A DNA stretch of 64,000 nucleotides from Nannocystales bacterium (GTDB lineage Bacteria; Myxococcota_A; Polyangia; Nannocystales; Nannocystaceae): NCBI GenBank assembly GCA_050633305.1, contig JBOEGF010000017.1:78433-142432 (forward strand). Direction: 5' to 3'. This document shows, in pieces, positions 9,481 to 19,490 of this stretch. Every line of letters begins with the position of its first letter. The first letter of the stretch is position 1. The notes under the pieces were generated by a model. That model had not been told where the DNA came from, did not search any database, and worked only from the letters and a program-made list of their open reading frames with translations. The position numbers and the translations under genes are program-made.

Positions 9481-11019
9481 CTACCCCCGGATCCCGGGCA
9501 ACACGTCACTCGCCATCTGCCCCACCGCGCCGTCGAATCCGTTCGGCGCCCCGCCATAGCCGCGCTCGCCCGCCCATTGCCACTCGTCCTCGGGCAGGTC
9601 CATCGACTGCAGCGCGGTGGCCAGCCACTGGTTGTAGTACAGGCCCGGCCGTTGGGTGAGGAAGTCGTCGTTCAAGGCGCGGCCCATGTCGTCGCGGTTG
9701 CGATAGTCGTACATCCGACCCGTGGCGAAGAAGTCTCCGGCACCTCCGAGGGTGACGACTGCGTGGTCGTGCGGGTTGTGCGTTCGACAGCCGGACTCGC
9801 TGGTGTACATGAGCAGCGAGTTGTCGAGATAGGTTCGTCCGTCGGCCTCCTCAATGTCGAGTTTGTTGGCGAGGTCGAGCAACACGTACCGGAACCAGTT
9901 CCGATGGGACTCCAGCATCATCTGCTGCTCGACAAGCGCGGAGGGTTCGTCCGCCCGGTGTGCGACCTCTTGGTGCCAGTCGAACTCGCTCACCCCGGGG
10001 TACCAATGCCCACTGGGACTGATCGTCGCGATTCTCGATGTTCCACAGATGAACGCGGCGACCAGCACGTCGTTGTACATGGACCACGCCTGGGCCCGAT
10101 CGGCCGCATCCATCGCATCTTCGGTCGGCACATCGATGTCCGAGCACGAAGCCGCGCTCAGCTTGCGCTGCAGCTCGTCGAGCCGGGAGAGGTGGTCATC
10201 GAGCCGCTGGCGGTCGCTGGCCGAGAGTCTACTGGCGTTGCCAAACGCTCCGCTACGCAGACTCCGATAGCTCTCCATGACCTGGTCCACCACCAGAGGC
10301 CGTGGCTCGTCCGCCGCGTTCGCCCCGGGGAAGGTCTGGTTGAACAACGCGATCGAACTGTCGATCGTCGGGATATCGACGACCGGGCCGGACTGCTCGG
10401 CGGGGTTGGTGTATCCGAACGCGATGTTCCCGGGCCAATCCGCGCCCAAGTGAATCGACCGCATGGTCGTCGCGGAGAGGTCTGAATAGAAACAGGGGGA
10501 CCACGCCATCACCTGGTCGATGGTCGGCCGCGCGACCAAGGAGTCCACAGGGTCGTCCGCGTCATAGTTGGAGTCGTTGAAGTTGCCCAACGCCGCGCCA
10601 CGCCCATGGCCCATCCAGAACGGCTTGTCCAAGCCGCGAATCAGCATCATCTTCGAGATCAACGCATCGCTCAGCACCGATCCCGGCGCGCGCACGAAGG
10701 GGGAGACTTGAACCTCACCGTCGACCGTCTGTGCGGACAGCTCCCCCCAGTGTGCATCCCACCCGCAGGGCATCGGCACCGGGTTTGTCGCGGTCCCCAT
10801 CCCCGGATAGGTGTTCTCCGGCCACACGCCGCCGTGGTGGGTCATCATCCCAACGAAGCGCTTGGGGGTGGTGAGTTCGCTGGCGGAGACCTCCGTCGGC
10901 ATCAGCGACTCGAGCAGCGGCAGCGCCACGCCGGCCGCCCCCGCACACTTGAGAAACTGCCGCCGGGTCTTTCCTGTGGTGACCGTATAGACCGGTCCTC
11001 CATCGTTCATGCGCTTCAT
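9481..11019 (-). CDS. DUF1552-type protein with Tat-like signal
   Basis: TRRQFLKCAGAAGVALPLLESL, PKRFV, PTIDQV, LSASDRQRLDDHLSRLDELQRKL, LDNSLLMYTSE; SD GGAGG before ATG 11019. Confidence 0.85.
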   Translation of the reverse strand: MKRMNDGGPVYTVTTGKTRRQFLKCAGAAGVALPLLESLMPTEVSASELTTPKRFVGMMTHHGGVWPENTYPGMGTATNPVPMPCGWDAHWGELSAQTVDGEVQVSPFVRAPGSVLSDALISKMMLIRGLDKPFWMGHGRGAALGNFNDSNYDADDPVDSLVARPTIDQVMAWSPCFYSDLSATTMRSIHLGADWPGNIAFGYTNPAEQSGPVVDIPTIDSSIALFNQTFPGANAADEPRPLVVDQVMESYRSLRSGAFGNASRLSASDRQRLDDHLSRLDELQRKLSAASCSDIDVPTEDAMDAADRAQAWSMYNDVLVAAFICGTSRIATISPSGHWYPGVSEFDWHQEVAHRADEPSALVEQQMMLESHRNWFRYVLLDLANKLDIEEADGRTYLDNSLLMYTSESGCRTHNPHDHAVVTLGGAGDFFATGRMYDYRNRDDMGRALNDDFLTQRPGLYYNQWLATALQSMDLPEDEWQWAGERGYGGAPNGFDGAVGQMASDVLPGIRG

Positions 11020-11021
11020 GG

Positions 11022-12836
11022 CTAGTTTTCCTCCGTGCGGGTGCGAATCTGAAACTCGGGTTGAAAGGCGACATCGAGCAGCATCGAGCGGAGCGATCCT
11101 GCGTCCTCCAGCGCAAACTGCAGCGACTCCAGCGCGCACGCATCGGTCACAGGGTCCTCTTCACGGCCATACGCGAACCGGAAGTACTGAATCGAGAGGC
11201 AAGCCTCGGCGAGGCCGCTTTCGACGATGAACTGGCTGAGGTCGGCCCCTTCGTAGGCAACGCGCTCGTCGTCACCACGCGCCCGCGGGACCGCCTGTGT
11301 GTCGACCGGAAGCTCTCCCAGCTTCTCTCCTGTGGAGAGGTCGAAGATCTGCTCGTGTGTCCGGAGGCGGCCCAGCCCGTCGTAGTTCTCGGTCACGTAC
11401 CCCAGCGGGTTCATCAGCGCGTGGCACCCCAGGCACGATGTGCCCTCCCGTTCCGTCAACAGCTCGAGCTGTTCGCGAATCGTGGAGAGGGGATCGAGCG
11501 CCGGTGGAGGGGGGATGTCGGCGGGCGGCGCAGGAATGGTTCCGCACAGCAGCTGCGTGCGGATGCGATTGCCCTTGAGCACCGGGTGCGTCACCGCCGA
11601 TCCACTTGCGACCAGAGCCGCGCGGGTGACCAACCCTCCACGGTCACTGGGGAGCTCTCCGGGCGCGCTCTCACCGTCCCACGCGGACATCCCGTACAGC
11701 GCCGCGAGTTCATCGTCGCGTACAACCCCGATGTTGCTGGTGACGAAGTCGGCGAGCGAGCCCTCTTGCTCGTAGACAAACCACCGGAACACGTCCGTGA
11801 CCTCCTCGACCATCGCCCCGCGAAGCTGGGCACTGGGCGTGTCCTCGCCGACGAACGCGTCGAACCCCACGGTCCCGACCAGCGTATCCATCGCCGGAAC
11901 TTCCTCGAGTTCCAACCACTGTTCGGTGAACTGTCCGAGGGTCCGCCGGGTCCGATCGTGGGCGAACATCCGCTCGACCTCATCCTCGTAGCCCTCAGGC
12001 GTCTCCAGCCGACCATCCTCGGCGGCGTCGAGCAACGCGTCGTCGGGGATCGACTCCCAGAAGTGAAATGCGAGACGCGAGGCCAGCTCGTACCCGGACA
12101 GCGGGAACACGCCATCTCCGTCCTCGGGGTTGTCGTCCTCGATGATGTAGACGAAGTCCGGCACCATCAGAAGCACAGAGACCCGCTCCGCGAACGACTC
12201 CGCCGACACGTCGAGGAGGCTGCCCGCCGCATCCGCACTGTAGAAGTTCACCTCCTGCTCAGACAGCGGACGCCGGAACGCGCGGCGGCCGAACGCAGCG
12301 ACGAAGCCCTCGACACACGCCGCGTCGTTGTCCGGGTCCGCGTCGGTGGCACATGGCCCTGCGAGCATCTCCAAGCGCGTCTCGTCCTCGGTCAACGCCG
12401 CGCCGAGACCCCGCCCGACATGGTACCAGCCGTCGATGTGCGCCTGGGCCAGCGTTTGATCGAGGCGCCGAAACCCCGGCGCGTTGTCTTCGGGCACGAC
12501 CGACAAAGAGGCCCGCAAACTCTCCAGCACCGCCGCGGCCTCGCTCTCCCCGACAACCGGAACCGCGAGATCGTGAATCGCGTTCTCGTACTGTCGCCGG
12601 GTCAGCCGCCGCATCGGTGCCGGACTGGGCAGCACCGTGGGGTCGCACTGCGCCGCCTCCCCCGGCCCGTCGTCGTCGCTGGAGCTGTCGCTGCCGTCCT
12701 CGCCCCCGGATGGAGCGTCGTCGTCAGCGTCGTCGTGTGAGGCCCCCGTCGTCCCCGATGCCGCGTTGTCCGCCTCGTAGCCGGAGTAACACCCCGACAG
12801 CGCGAGGAGCACAGGCCATACCGTTGCTCTTGTCAC
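11022..12836 (-). CDS. DUF1592/DUF1595/DUF1588-type lipoprotein with CxxCH motif
   Basis: Lipobox LALSGC; MRRLTRRQYENAI, FGRRAFRRPL, YELASRLAFHFWESIPDDALL, THPVLKG, SCLGCHALMNPLG. Confidence 0.85.
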   Translation of the reverse strand: MTRATVWPVLLALSGCYSGYEADNAASGTTGASHDDADDDAPSGGEDGSDSSSDDDGPGEAAQCDPTVLPSPAPMRRLTRRQYENAIHDLAVPVVGESEAAAVLESLRASLSVVPEDNAPGFRRLDQTLAQAHIDGWYHVGRGLGAALTEDETRLEMLAGPCATDADPDNDAACVEGFVAAFGRRAFRRPLSEQEVNFYSADAAGSLLDVSAESFAERVSVLLMVPDFVYIIEDDNPEDGDGVFPLSGYELASRLAFHFWESIPDDALLDAAEDGRLETPEGYEDEVERMFAHDRTRRTLGQFTEQWLELEEVPAMDTLVGTVGFDAFVGEDTPSAQLRGAMVEEVTDVFRWFVYEQEGSLADFVTSNIGVVRDDELAALYGMSAWDGESAPGELPSDRGGLVTRAALVASGSAVTHPVLKGNRIRTQLLCGTIPAPPADIPPPPALDPLSTIREQLELLTEREGTSCLGCHALMNPLGYVTENYDGLGRLRTHEQIFDLSTGEKLGELPVDTQAVPRARGDDERVAYEGADLSQFIVESGLAEACLSIQYFRFAYGREEDPVTDACALESLQFALEDAGSLRSMLLDVAFQPEFQIRTRTEEN

Positions 12837-12891
12837 ACCTAGTGAGCATCAATTCGGCCTCAACTGATCAGAGTTTTCTTCGTGCGCGCGA

Positions 12892-13899
12892 CTACCAACA
12901 TCCCACGGGCTCACGAGACACCACGAGGTCGTCGTAGAGCACCCCCTCATCGCCATGCTCGCCTCCAAAATACAAGAGCAGCCACGCGACATTGAGCTTG
13001 AGATCGGGGTCCGTCCGAAACCATAGATCATCCCACAACCCCAGCTGGGTACCGTCTAGCGTCAGGGACACGACGCCGTCGGCAGCCTCCCGGGTTTGCA
13101 CGGGCGTGCCCGCATCGACCATGAGCTCCACGCAATACCACTGCCCGGTCTGCAACGGCGGGACCGCAGTGAACGCAGCGTGGGCTGGGTTCGCGCAGGA
13201 CGCCCCGGGGCCCAGACACGGAAGCTCGTCCCGGCTGCAAGCCTTCTCCGGGTCTGCGCACGCTTGATACATGCCCCGGTAGTCGAGTCTCCCGAGTAGC
13301 TGGGGGTCGGAGGCGGTGTGCGAGGTGAGCACGGCAAAGCGATCGTCGCCCGCTGGGCGGACGTCCGAGATGCCCAGCAGGTCGCGGTCTCCAGCGTGCA
13401 AGCCGGAGCCGAGGCCCGGCATCGACATGTCGTAGCCAGGCTCGTACTGGATGTACCAGCGCATGTGCAGTCGGTCGTAGAAGCCCGGAAGCAGTTTCAC
13501 CAAGTCCACCGTCGCCGCGCCCGGAGGGATACGAAGCCGCATCACATGGTTGTCGTCCGCCCCACGGGGACCCGGATCGACGGTGAGGACATTTTCGACC
13601 ACGATGTTGCCGTCGTAGTCGTCCCACTGCTCGAGGTGCCCTTCCTCGAAGTCCGTGCAGAACACGACGGCGTCATCGACATCGTCACAGAACGCGGCGG
13701 GGATCTGCGGGCCACTGCTTGAAGCTCCTGACGCGGTCGCACTTGCGGTTCCCGAGGATCCCGCCGCGCCCGTGGACGTTGCCGTGCCGGCATCACCACT
13801 GCTCGCGGACACCTCCTCGTAGAACGCCGGATCGATCTCGACACAACCAGAGCCCGACAGACCCAGCACACACATCACGAGCCGTGCTCTGCGTCCCAC
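12892..13899 (-). CDS. Lipoprotein with concanavalin A/polysaccharide-lyase-like jelly-roll domain
   Basis: Lipobox LSGSGC, Ser/Thr linker, FCTDFEEG, LHMRWYIQY, GQWYCVELMV, YDDLVVS. Confidence 0.6.
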   Translation of the reverse strand: MGRRARLVMCVLGLSGSGCVEIDPAFYEEVSASSGDAGTATSTGAAGSSGTASATASGASSSGPQIPAAFCDDVDDAVVFCTDFEEGHLEQWDDYDGNIVVENVLTVDPGPRGADDNHVMRLRIPPGAATVDLVKLLPGFYDRLHMRWYIQYEPGYDMSMPGLGSGLHAGDRDLLGISDVRPAGDDRFAVLTSHTASDPQLLGRLDYRGMYQACADPEKACSRDELPCLGPGASCANPAHAAFTAVPPLQTGQWYCVELMVDAGTPVQTREAADGVVSLTLDGTQLGLWDDLWFRTDPDLKLNVAWLLLYFGGEHGDEGVLYDDLVVSREPVGCW

Positions 13900-13940
13900 C
13901 CCAAAACGATAACCGATGGGGTGACCCGACGGACAGCGGC

Positions 13941-16028
13941 CTAGCGACCCAGCTTCGCGTCGACCCGATCCAGCGCACGCTGTGCCTCGCTCGCACCCAA
14001 GCGTCGGGCCTGTGCGTAGGCGGACCGCGCGTCTTCGAACCGCAGGACCTTGAAGTACGCATCCCCGAGCAGCATCCGGTACCGGCCCCGTTTTGGGGCC
14101 GCCGCGACGGCCTTCTGTGCGTAGCTCACCGCGTTCGCGTACCGACCGAGCTCGAAGTGAAACCGAGCGAGCCCAGCGAGGGCGGCGGCGTTCTTTCGAT
14201 CGGCCGCGATCGCTCGATTGAGCAGCAGCTCGGCACGTTTCAACTCGTGCGCACGCAGGGCCTGCAGCCCCTCCTTGGCCAACGCGGTCGCGGACCGTCG
14301 ATCGGGCGTCGTCCCGCGGTCCGGGACAACATCGGGCTGTGTCGACGCTGCCGTTTCATCCGACCCGCCAAGGTCCAAGCGTGCTGGGGTCGATGGCAGG
14401 ATGTCTGGCTCCATAGGCGCCGGCGGCGAAAGGGGACTCCCGATCAGCGACTCCAAGCTCGCAAGGGTGCTCGCTGGCGCGTCCGGACGCGACCGACGAA
14501 GCCGGACCACCTTTGCTCGGCGAACCGAGAGGTCGTCCTGTGCGAGTGCAGCCAGGGATGCGCCCACGACCAGCTCCGCGGGCGCGAACTCCCCCCGCTC
14601 GGCTCGACCCCGGAGCGCCGAAAGCTGGGAGGCGGTCAGCAGCGAGCCCGCCCGAGCGTGCTCGTTGCTCGCATCGAACAGCACGGCAGCCGCGTAGAAG
14701 TCGGCCGCGAAAGGAGCTCCGGCCGGTTCCTTCGAGTACGCATCCCCAAGCGCCGTGAGTTCGACCGAGAACTCCTGGCGCAACCGTCCCGCTCGCTGCT
14801 GCGCAAGTTCAGCCGCCGGTCCCTCGACGTGCTCCAACGCCAGGGTGCGGCTGTATGCGGTTGGCTTGAACGGGTCATCCAGCGGTGGGTAGACGAAGTG
14901 CTTTGCATCTGCCGCGGCCCGGGCCTCCCGCTCGAGCGCTTCCACCCGGTCCATCATCGCCCCCGTCACTTGGGCCTGTTGAACCGTGAGCACTGTCGCG
15001 GTCGCAGCGGCGGACAGCAACGCCGCCGCACCGATCGCGAGCCAGGTCTTCGTCCTACGCCTGCGGTCCCGTCCAAGCTCCGACACCAACGCCTGCATCG
15101 AGGCATGCCGATCGGCGGGACTGGGCGCGAGTCCGCGCAACACCGCCGCCCTCAGCCACGGAGGAACCGTGGAAGGTGGGTCGAGGTTCTGCGAATCGAT
15201 CGCCCGGCCGCGCTGCGCAAGGTCAGACCCGGGGAACGGACGCTCTCCCCACAGCGACTCGTACAGCGCGACACAGAACGCGAACTGATCCGCCGCAGCG
15301 CCGACCTCGGCTCCCCGGGATTGCTCTGGTGCCATGTACGCAGGCGTCCCCGCGAGGATGCCTCCGCCGGTGAGTTCCTCGTCGAGCACGCTGCCCGTCG
15401 TCTCTGCACCGACGTCCCGCGGTTGCCCCGCAACGGCACGTGCGAGACCGAAGTCCAACACCTTCACCAATCCGTCGTCGCCGATCCAAACGTTGGCCGG
15501 TTTAAAGTCGCGAAGCACCATGTTGGCCTCGTGCACAGCCGACAGCCCACGCCCGGCCTGCACGAACACATCCCGAACATCGCTCCACGAGCGTTGCGCC
15601 GCACGATTCCACGCCGAGAGCGTCATGCCCTCGAGCAACTCCATCGCGATGAAGACCTGGTTGCGGAACTGCCCCACGTCGTGAATCGCGACGACGTTGG
15701 GGTGCCGAACTCGCGCCATCGCCTGCGCCTCTCGCTGCATCCGGCGCTCGAGGTCGCCCCACGCGTCCACATCTGCTCGGACCAGCTTGACCGCGACCCG
15801 TCGGTCGAGTTCGGGATCGTAGGCGGCGTAGACCTCGCCCACGCCGCCGCGCCCCACGGCCTCCAGCAACACGTAGCGCCCTGCCTTCAGGGGTTCGACA
15901 GGGGTGTCGAGCACCCCCTGAAGCACCCGCTGCAGCATGACCTCATCTCCAACACCGGACTCCGGGGACCGTGCCTGCGCCAGTCGATCCCCGATCTCGC
16001 CCGCGCCGTGCTGCTTGCTGGGGGCCAC
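13941..16028 (-). CDS. Transmembrane Ser/Thr protein kinase with C-terminal TPR
   Basis: VGRGGVGEVY, VAVKLV, HPNVVAIHD, LRDFKPANV, DFGLAR, GTPAYMAPEQ; TM WLAIGAAALLSAAATATVL; C-terminal TPR (LGDAYFKVLRFEDARSAY). Confidence 0.92.
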   Translation of the reverse strand: MAPSKQHGAGEIGDRLAQARSPESGVGDEVMLQRVLQGVLDTPVEPLKAGRYVLLEAVGRGGVGEVYAAYDPELDRRVAVKLVRADVDAWGDLERRMQREAQAMARVRHPNVVAIHDVGQFRNQVFIAMELLEGMTLSAWNRAAQRSWSDVRDVFVQAGRGLSAVHEANMVLRDFKPANVWIGDDGLVKVLDFGLARAVAGQPRDVGAETTGSVLDEELTGGGILAGTPAYMAPEQSRGAEVGAAADQFAFCVALYESLWGERPFPGSDLAQRGRAIDSQNLDPPSTVPPWLRAAVLRGLAPSPADRHASMQALVSELGRDRRRRTKTWLAIGAAALLSAAATATVLTVQQAQVTGAMMDRVEALEREARAAADAKHFVYPPLDDPFKPTAYSRTLALEHVEGPAAELAQQRAGRLRQEFSVELTALGDAYSKEPAGAPFAADFYAAAVLFDASNEHARAGSLLTASQLSALRGRAERGEFAPAELVVGASLAALAQDDLSVRRAKVVRLRRSRPDAPASTLASLESLIGSPLSPPAPMEPDILPSTPARLDLGGSDETAASTQPDVVPDRGTTPDRRSATALAKEGLQALRAHELKRAELLLNRAIAADRKNAAALAGLARFHFELGRYANAVSYAQKAVAAAPKRGRYRMLLGDAYFKVLRFEDARSAYAQARRLGASEAQRALDRVDAKLGR

Positions 16029-16054
16029 CGACGTGGCTGATACAGTAGCAAGGG

Positions 16055-16672
16055 TTGAGCGAAGACGTCGAACTGTTCGAGCGTTGGGCCAGCGGGGACC
16101 GTGGCGCCGGCGATCGGTTGATTCGCCGCCACTTTCAAACCGTCCACCGGTTCTTTCGCAACAAGGTCTCCGCCGAGGTTGAAGACCTCATCCAGCGGAC
16201 ATTCCTCGTTGCCGTCGAGGCTCGCGACCGGTTCCGGCGTGCGTCGAGCTTCCGAACCTTCCTGCTCGGCCTCGCCCGTATCGAGCTGCTCAACCACTAT
16301 CGGCGCCGCGCCAACCCCGGGGCGCAGTTCGACGAGTTGGTCACCGCCGCGCATGCCGTGGGCAGTTCCCCAAGCGTGCAGCTGGGTCGCAATGAAGAGC
16401 AGCGACTCCTGCTCCAAGCCCTGTGCCGCATCCCACTGGAATTCCAGATCGTCCTCGAGCTTTCCTATTGGGAACGGCTCTCTTCCCGAGAACTCGGGGA
16501 GGTCCTCGACATCCCTGCCCCCACGGTTCGCAGCCGACTACGGCGCGCCCGGGAGCTCCTCGAAGCCGAACTCGCCAAGTCCCCCACCGACGACGCCGCG
16601 CGGCATAGCGTGCTGACCAACCTGGAGGCGTGGGCCAGCGGTCTACGAAAGGTCATCGACGGCACCGACTGA
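16055..16672 (+). CDS. ECF sigma factor divergent from Ser/Thr kinase
   Basis: VEDLIQRTFL, SSFRTFLLGLAR, ELGEVLDIPAPTVRSRLRRAR; TTG start. Confidence 0.9.
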   Translation: MSEDVELFERWASGDRGAGDRLIRRHFQTVHRFFRNKVSAEVEDLIQRTFLVAVEARDRFRRASSFRTFLLGLARIELLNHYRRRANPGAQFDELVTAAHAVGSSPSVQLGRNEEQRLLLQALCRIPLEFQIVLELSYWERLSSRELGEVLDIPAPTVRSRLRRARELLEAELAKSPTDDAARHSVLTNLEAWASGLRKVIDGTD

Positions 16673-16824
16673 AGAGTGCGGACCAAGTTCGCCCTGGCGC
16701 TCGCCGATTCCAGCCGCGGCGACGCGCGCCGCAGCGACTCCGTCCACCGCTCGCTATCCAGCATCGCATACCCAAGCCTCGCCCAGAAGGCCTTCTACGC
16801 CAATCCAACCGGCCCAGGACGCAA

Positions 16825-16852
16825 GACGCTCGGGCCGCTTGGCCCGAGCGTC
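16825..16852. terminator. 12-bp perfect hairpin between convergent genes
   Basis: GACGCTCGGGCC-GCTT-GGCCCGAGCGTC; no U-tract. Confidence 0.5.
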
Positions 16853-16993
16853 GTCGCTCGAGCAGGCGCGAAGCGGAAGTCGCGACGTCTGTGAACGCGC
16901 GAACGAGTTCGCAGTAACCCCGCTTGAACCGGACACATCCGAGAGGACATCCGTGGAACGAACACGAGAACCGGACACAGTCTGACCTGGCAG

Positions 16994-18013
16994 TCAGTCG
17001 TTGATGACCAGCTCGCCGTAGGTCGGCAACTCCAGTCCCGGATACAGCGCGTTGAGTCGAGCGATGAATACATCCGCGACCATTCGATGACCGAGTTCGC
17101 TGAGATGGATGCCATCGGGCACCACGTCGGAGGGCCCAGGAAACTCGCCATCGTACGAGAGCTGGCCGGCGAACAGGGCGGTGAACGCCGAATCTAGATC
17201 GATGACGAAGTGACCAGCGTCCTCGTCCATGGCGGCGGCGATCGCTGCGTTGTGGGTTTGTGGCTCGGGACACAGCCCACCATTGAGCAGGTCCGGGACG
17301 TTGGCGAACAACACCGGAGCTCCGGGCGCGGACGCCTCGACGACGGCGAGGCCGGCCTGCACATCGGCCGACAACACCTCTGGCTCCTCGCACGCGTTGT
17401 AGAAGAACACGTCGGTGCTCAAGACCAGTGTCGTATTGGGATCGATGCCCCCGTGGAACTCCTCGACCCCCAGCGTGGTCACGTACGGCGGAGCCGCTCC
17501 GCACGGCTCCAGGCGCTGCCAAGCCGCCGCTGCGATCCGAGCCCAATACCGCGGCTCGAGCTCGAACCCGTCGGGTGTGCAACCGAGGCCACACGCACCC
17601 AGCGTGTTGCTCACCCCCGGCGCCACGACTCGCTCGAACAGGGCCAGTGCCTCGGGCGGAATGCCTTCGCAGTCGGCGGCCCCGCTCGTCGTGCCACCGG
17701 ACGAGCCAGACGCCTCGGCGGAGCCCAAACTCTCACCACCGTTGGAGGCCGTGGTCGACTCGGGCGATGTCGAAGAACCGTCCGAGCCCGCACTCGTGCT
17801 GCTGCCCCGGGACTGCCCCGACTCCTCGCCACTGGAACCGGAGGTCGATCCCGTAGTTCGAGTGGTCGAGCTTGGCTCCGTCGCGCTCGGCTCGGTCGGG
17901 CCGGGCCCAGACGACACCCGTCCCGTCGACCCCTCGTCCGCGATATCGGTCCGCGTTCCGCAGCCGACCACCATCAGAGCCCAGGGCAAACACATCCGAA
18001 TACGGGTCTTCAC
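16994..18013 (-). CDS. SGNH/GDSL-like hydrolase lipoprotein
   Basis: Lipobox ALMVVGC, Ser/Thr linker, block I-like GVSNTLG, block V PDGIHLSELGH; start uncertain (17995-18049). Confidence 0.7.
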   Translation of the reverse strand: MKTRIRMCLPWALMVVGCGTRTDIADEGSTGRVSSGPGPTEPSATEPSSTTRTTGSTSGSSGEESGQSRGSSTSAGSDGSSTSPESTTASNGGESLGSAEASGSSGGTTSGAADCEGIPPEALALFERVVAPGVSNTLGACGLGCTPDGFELEPRYWARIAAAAWQRLEPCGAAPPYVTTLGVEEFHGGIDPNTTLVLSTDVFFYNACEEPEVLSADVQAGLAVVEASAPGAPVLFANVPDLLNGGLCPEPQTHNAAIAAAMDEDAGHFVIDLDSAFTALFAGQLSYDGEFPGPSDVVPDGIHLSELGHRMVADVFIARLNALYPGLELPTYGELVIND

Positions 18014-18141
18014 GAACACGAGTTGCAGACCTGGGCACAGACCCGTCACTGAAAATCGAGTGCCAGGCGGATTCGCCCAAAGACCGCCCGCGATTCCACG
18101 GGCGTCGCGCGAAGCTCCGGCGACACCTTGAGTGCCGGTCC

Positions 18142-19122
18142 CTAGAACCGCACGTGCACAGTCCCAGGGGCGAGCGTAGCTCGTGACTTCGTTGTCCTTC
18201 GACGGTCCACGAGCAACAGTACAACACCGGTCACAACTGCGGCCGCGCCGACCGAGACCAACGCGATGCCACCGCCGAGCGTGTCTCGGCGGAACTTGCA
18301 GACACCGACCGAGTTCACGTTCTCACCATTGCACCGGGAGGTGATCGCGTCCTCATCGATCGAGACCAGCACGGACCCCGCGACGACCGCCCCAAGACCA
18401 GCGCCTACACTCGTCCAACCCAGGGGGCGAGCGAGCCGCCGCTGTCGCGAGATCGGGGAGAGTTCGAAGCGAAGGGTCTGCTCCAGCCCTGGTTGTGACT
18501 CAAAACTGCGTCGCTGTGAGACGTGCCCCTCGAGGACGGCCTCGGCTTCGTGGGCCCCTGGTTCGACCTCTTGGTCACGGGGCATTGGCCCGACCTCCCG
18601 ACCGTCGAGAAACAGACGTGCTCCGGGAGGCACGCTCTCGAAGACGACGAGCGGGCTCGCGCTCGCCAGGGAGTCGACCTTGGATGCGAGGGTACCGGCG
18701 ACGTCCTCGAGCAAGGTCCCGACTTCGACCAACCCACACAGTTCGCAGACCTGACGCGCGCGTGCGATGACCTCCTCCTGTCCGACCTGTGACAACTCGA
18801 GCGAGAGCTCGTAGTCGCCCCCACGCTTGCTGATCCGCGCGTGCACCACGAACGCGGCGTCTCGCGACTGCGCGTAGTCCCGCCAACACCGGGCGTTCGT
18901 CGGGCCGCACTCGACCGCGTCCGGGTTTCGTGGGGCCAGGAGTCGCACATGCTTTCGTGCAAGGCCGCGCGCCAACGCCACGGAGAAGGTCTCCTTCCAC
19001 CCTTGGGCGACGTCGCCCTCCACCTCGAGCGGCCGGACCACGATCTTCGGTTCCGCCTCGTTCTGGGCGGCGGGCTCGAAGGCGGCAAGGGCCATCAACC
19101 ATACGATGGACGCACCGGACAC
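18142..19122 (-). CDS. PEGA domain-containing protein
   Basis: VFESVPPGARLFLDGREVGPMP...PGAHEAEAVLEGH; two C-terminal hydrophobic helices; GTG start 19122 inferred. Confidence 0.8.
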   Translation of the reverse strand: MSGASIVWLMALAAFEPAAQNEAEPKIVVRPLEVEGDVAQGWKETFSVALARGLARKHVRLLAPRNPDAVECGPTNARCWRDYAQSRDAAFVVHARISKRGGDYELSLELSQVGQEEVIARARQVCELCGLVEVGTLLEDVAGTLASKVDSLASASPLVVFESVPPGARLFLDGREVGPMPRDQEVEPGAHEAEAVLEGHVSQRRSFESQPGLEQTLRFELSPISRQRRLARPLGWTSVGAGLGAVVAGSVLVSIDEDAITSRCNGENVNSVGVCKFRRDTLGGGIALVSVGAAAVVTGVVLLLVDRRRTTKSRATLAPGTVHVRF

Positions 19123-19184
19123 TTCGTCGCACGCTAACACGCGCGTGACACTCGGTCCGATGACGTGGCGCCGCAGGCCGCCGA

Positions 19185-19490
19185 CTAAGATTCGAGGACC
19201 CGGTGAACCGCCGCCACCGAGGCGTCGAAGAACTCGCTGCGGACGGCTTTGTAGCGAGGGTCTGCAAAGAAGGCGGCGCTCCGCTCTTTCGCGGGGAAGG
19301 ACAGGACAAAGAACCGGTTCACAGGCGCTCCCTCGGGGCTCTGCAGCACCTCCCCTCCGAGGATGTCCCAATCGAAGCTGCCCCCGTACTCCGCGAGGAT
19401 CGGACGCATCCCGGCCCGGTAGCGCTCGTAGACGTCGTGGTCACAAACTTCGAGTGCGATGACGTGCGTGTGTCGGGACTCAGCGGGCAT
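19185..19490 (-). CDS. DUF1330 family protein
   Basis: YERYRAGMRPILAEYGGSF, LSFP, FFADPRYKAVR; SD GGAGG; overlaps SDR stop. Confidence 0.85.
   Translation of the reverse strand: MPAESRHTHVIALEVCDHDVYERYRAGMRPILAEYGGSFDWDILGGEVLQSPEGAPVNRFFVLSFPAKERSAAFFADPRYKAVRSEFFDASVAAVHRVLES

Noticed and set aside
18050..18067. Sigma54-like promoter on the - strand (TGGCAC-N5-TTTCA)
   Set aside because: Lacks the conserved -12 GC
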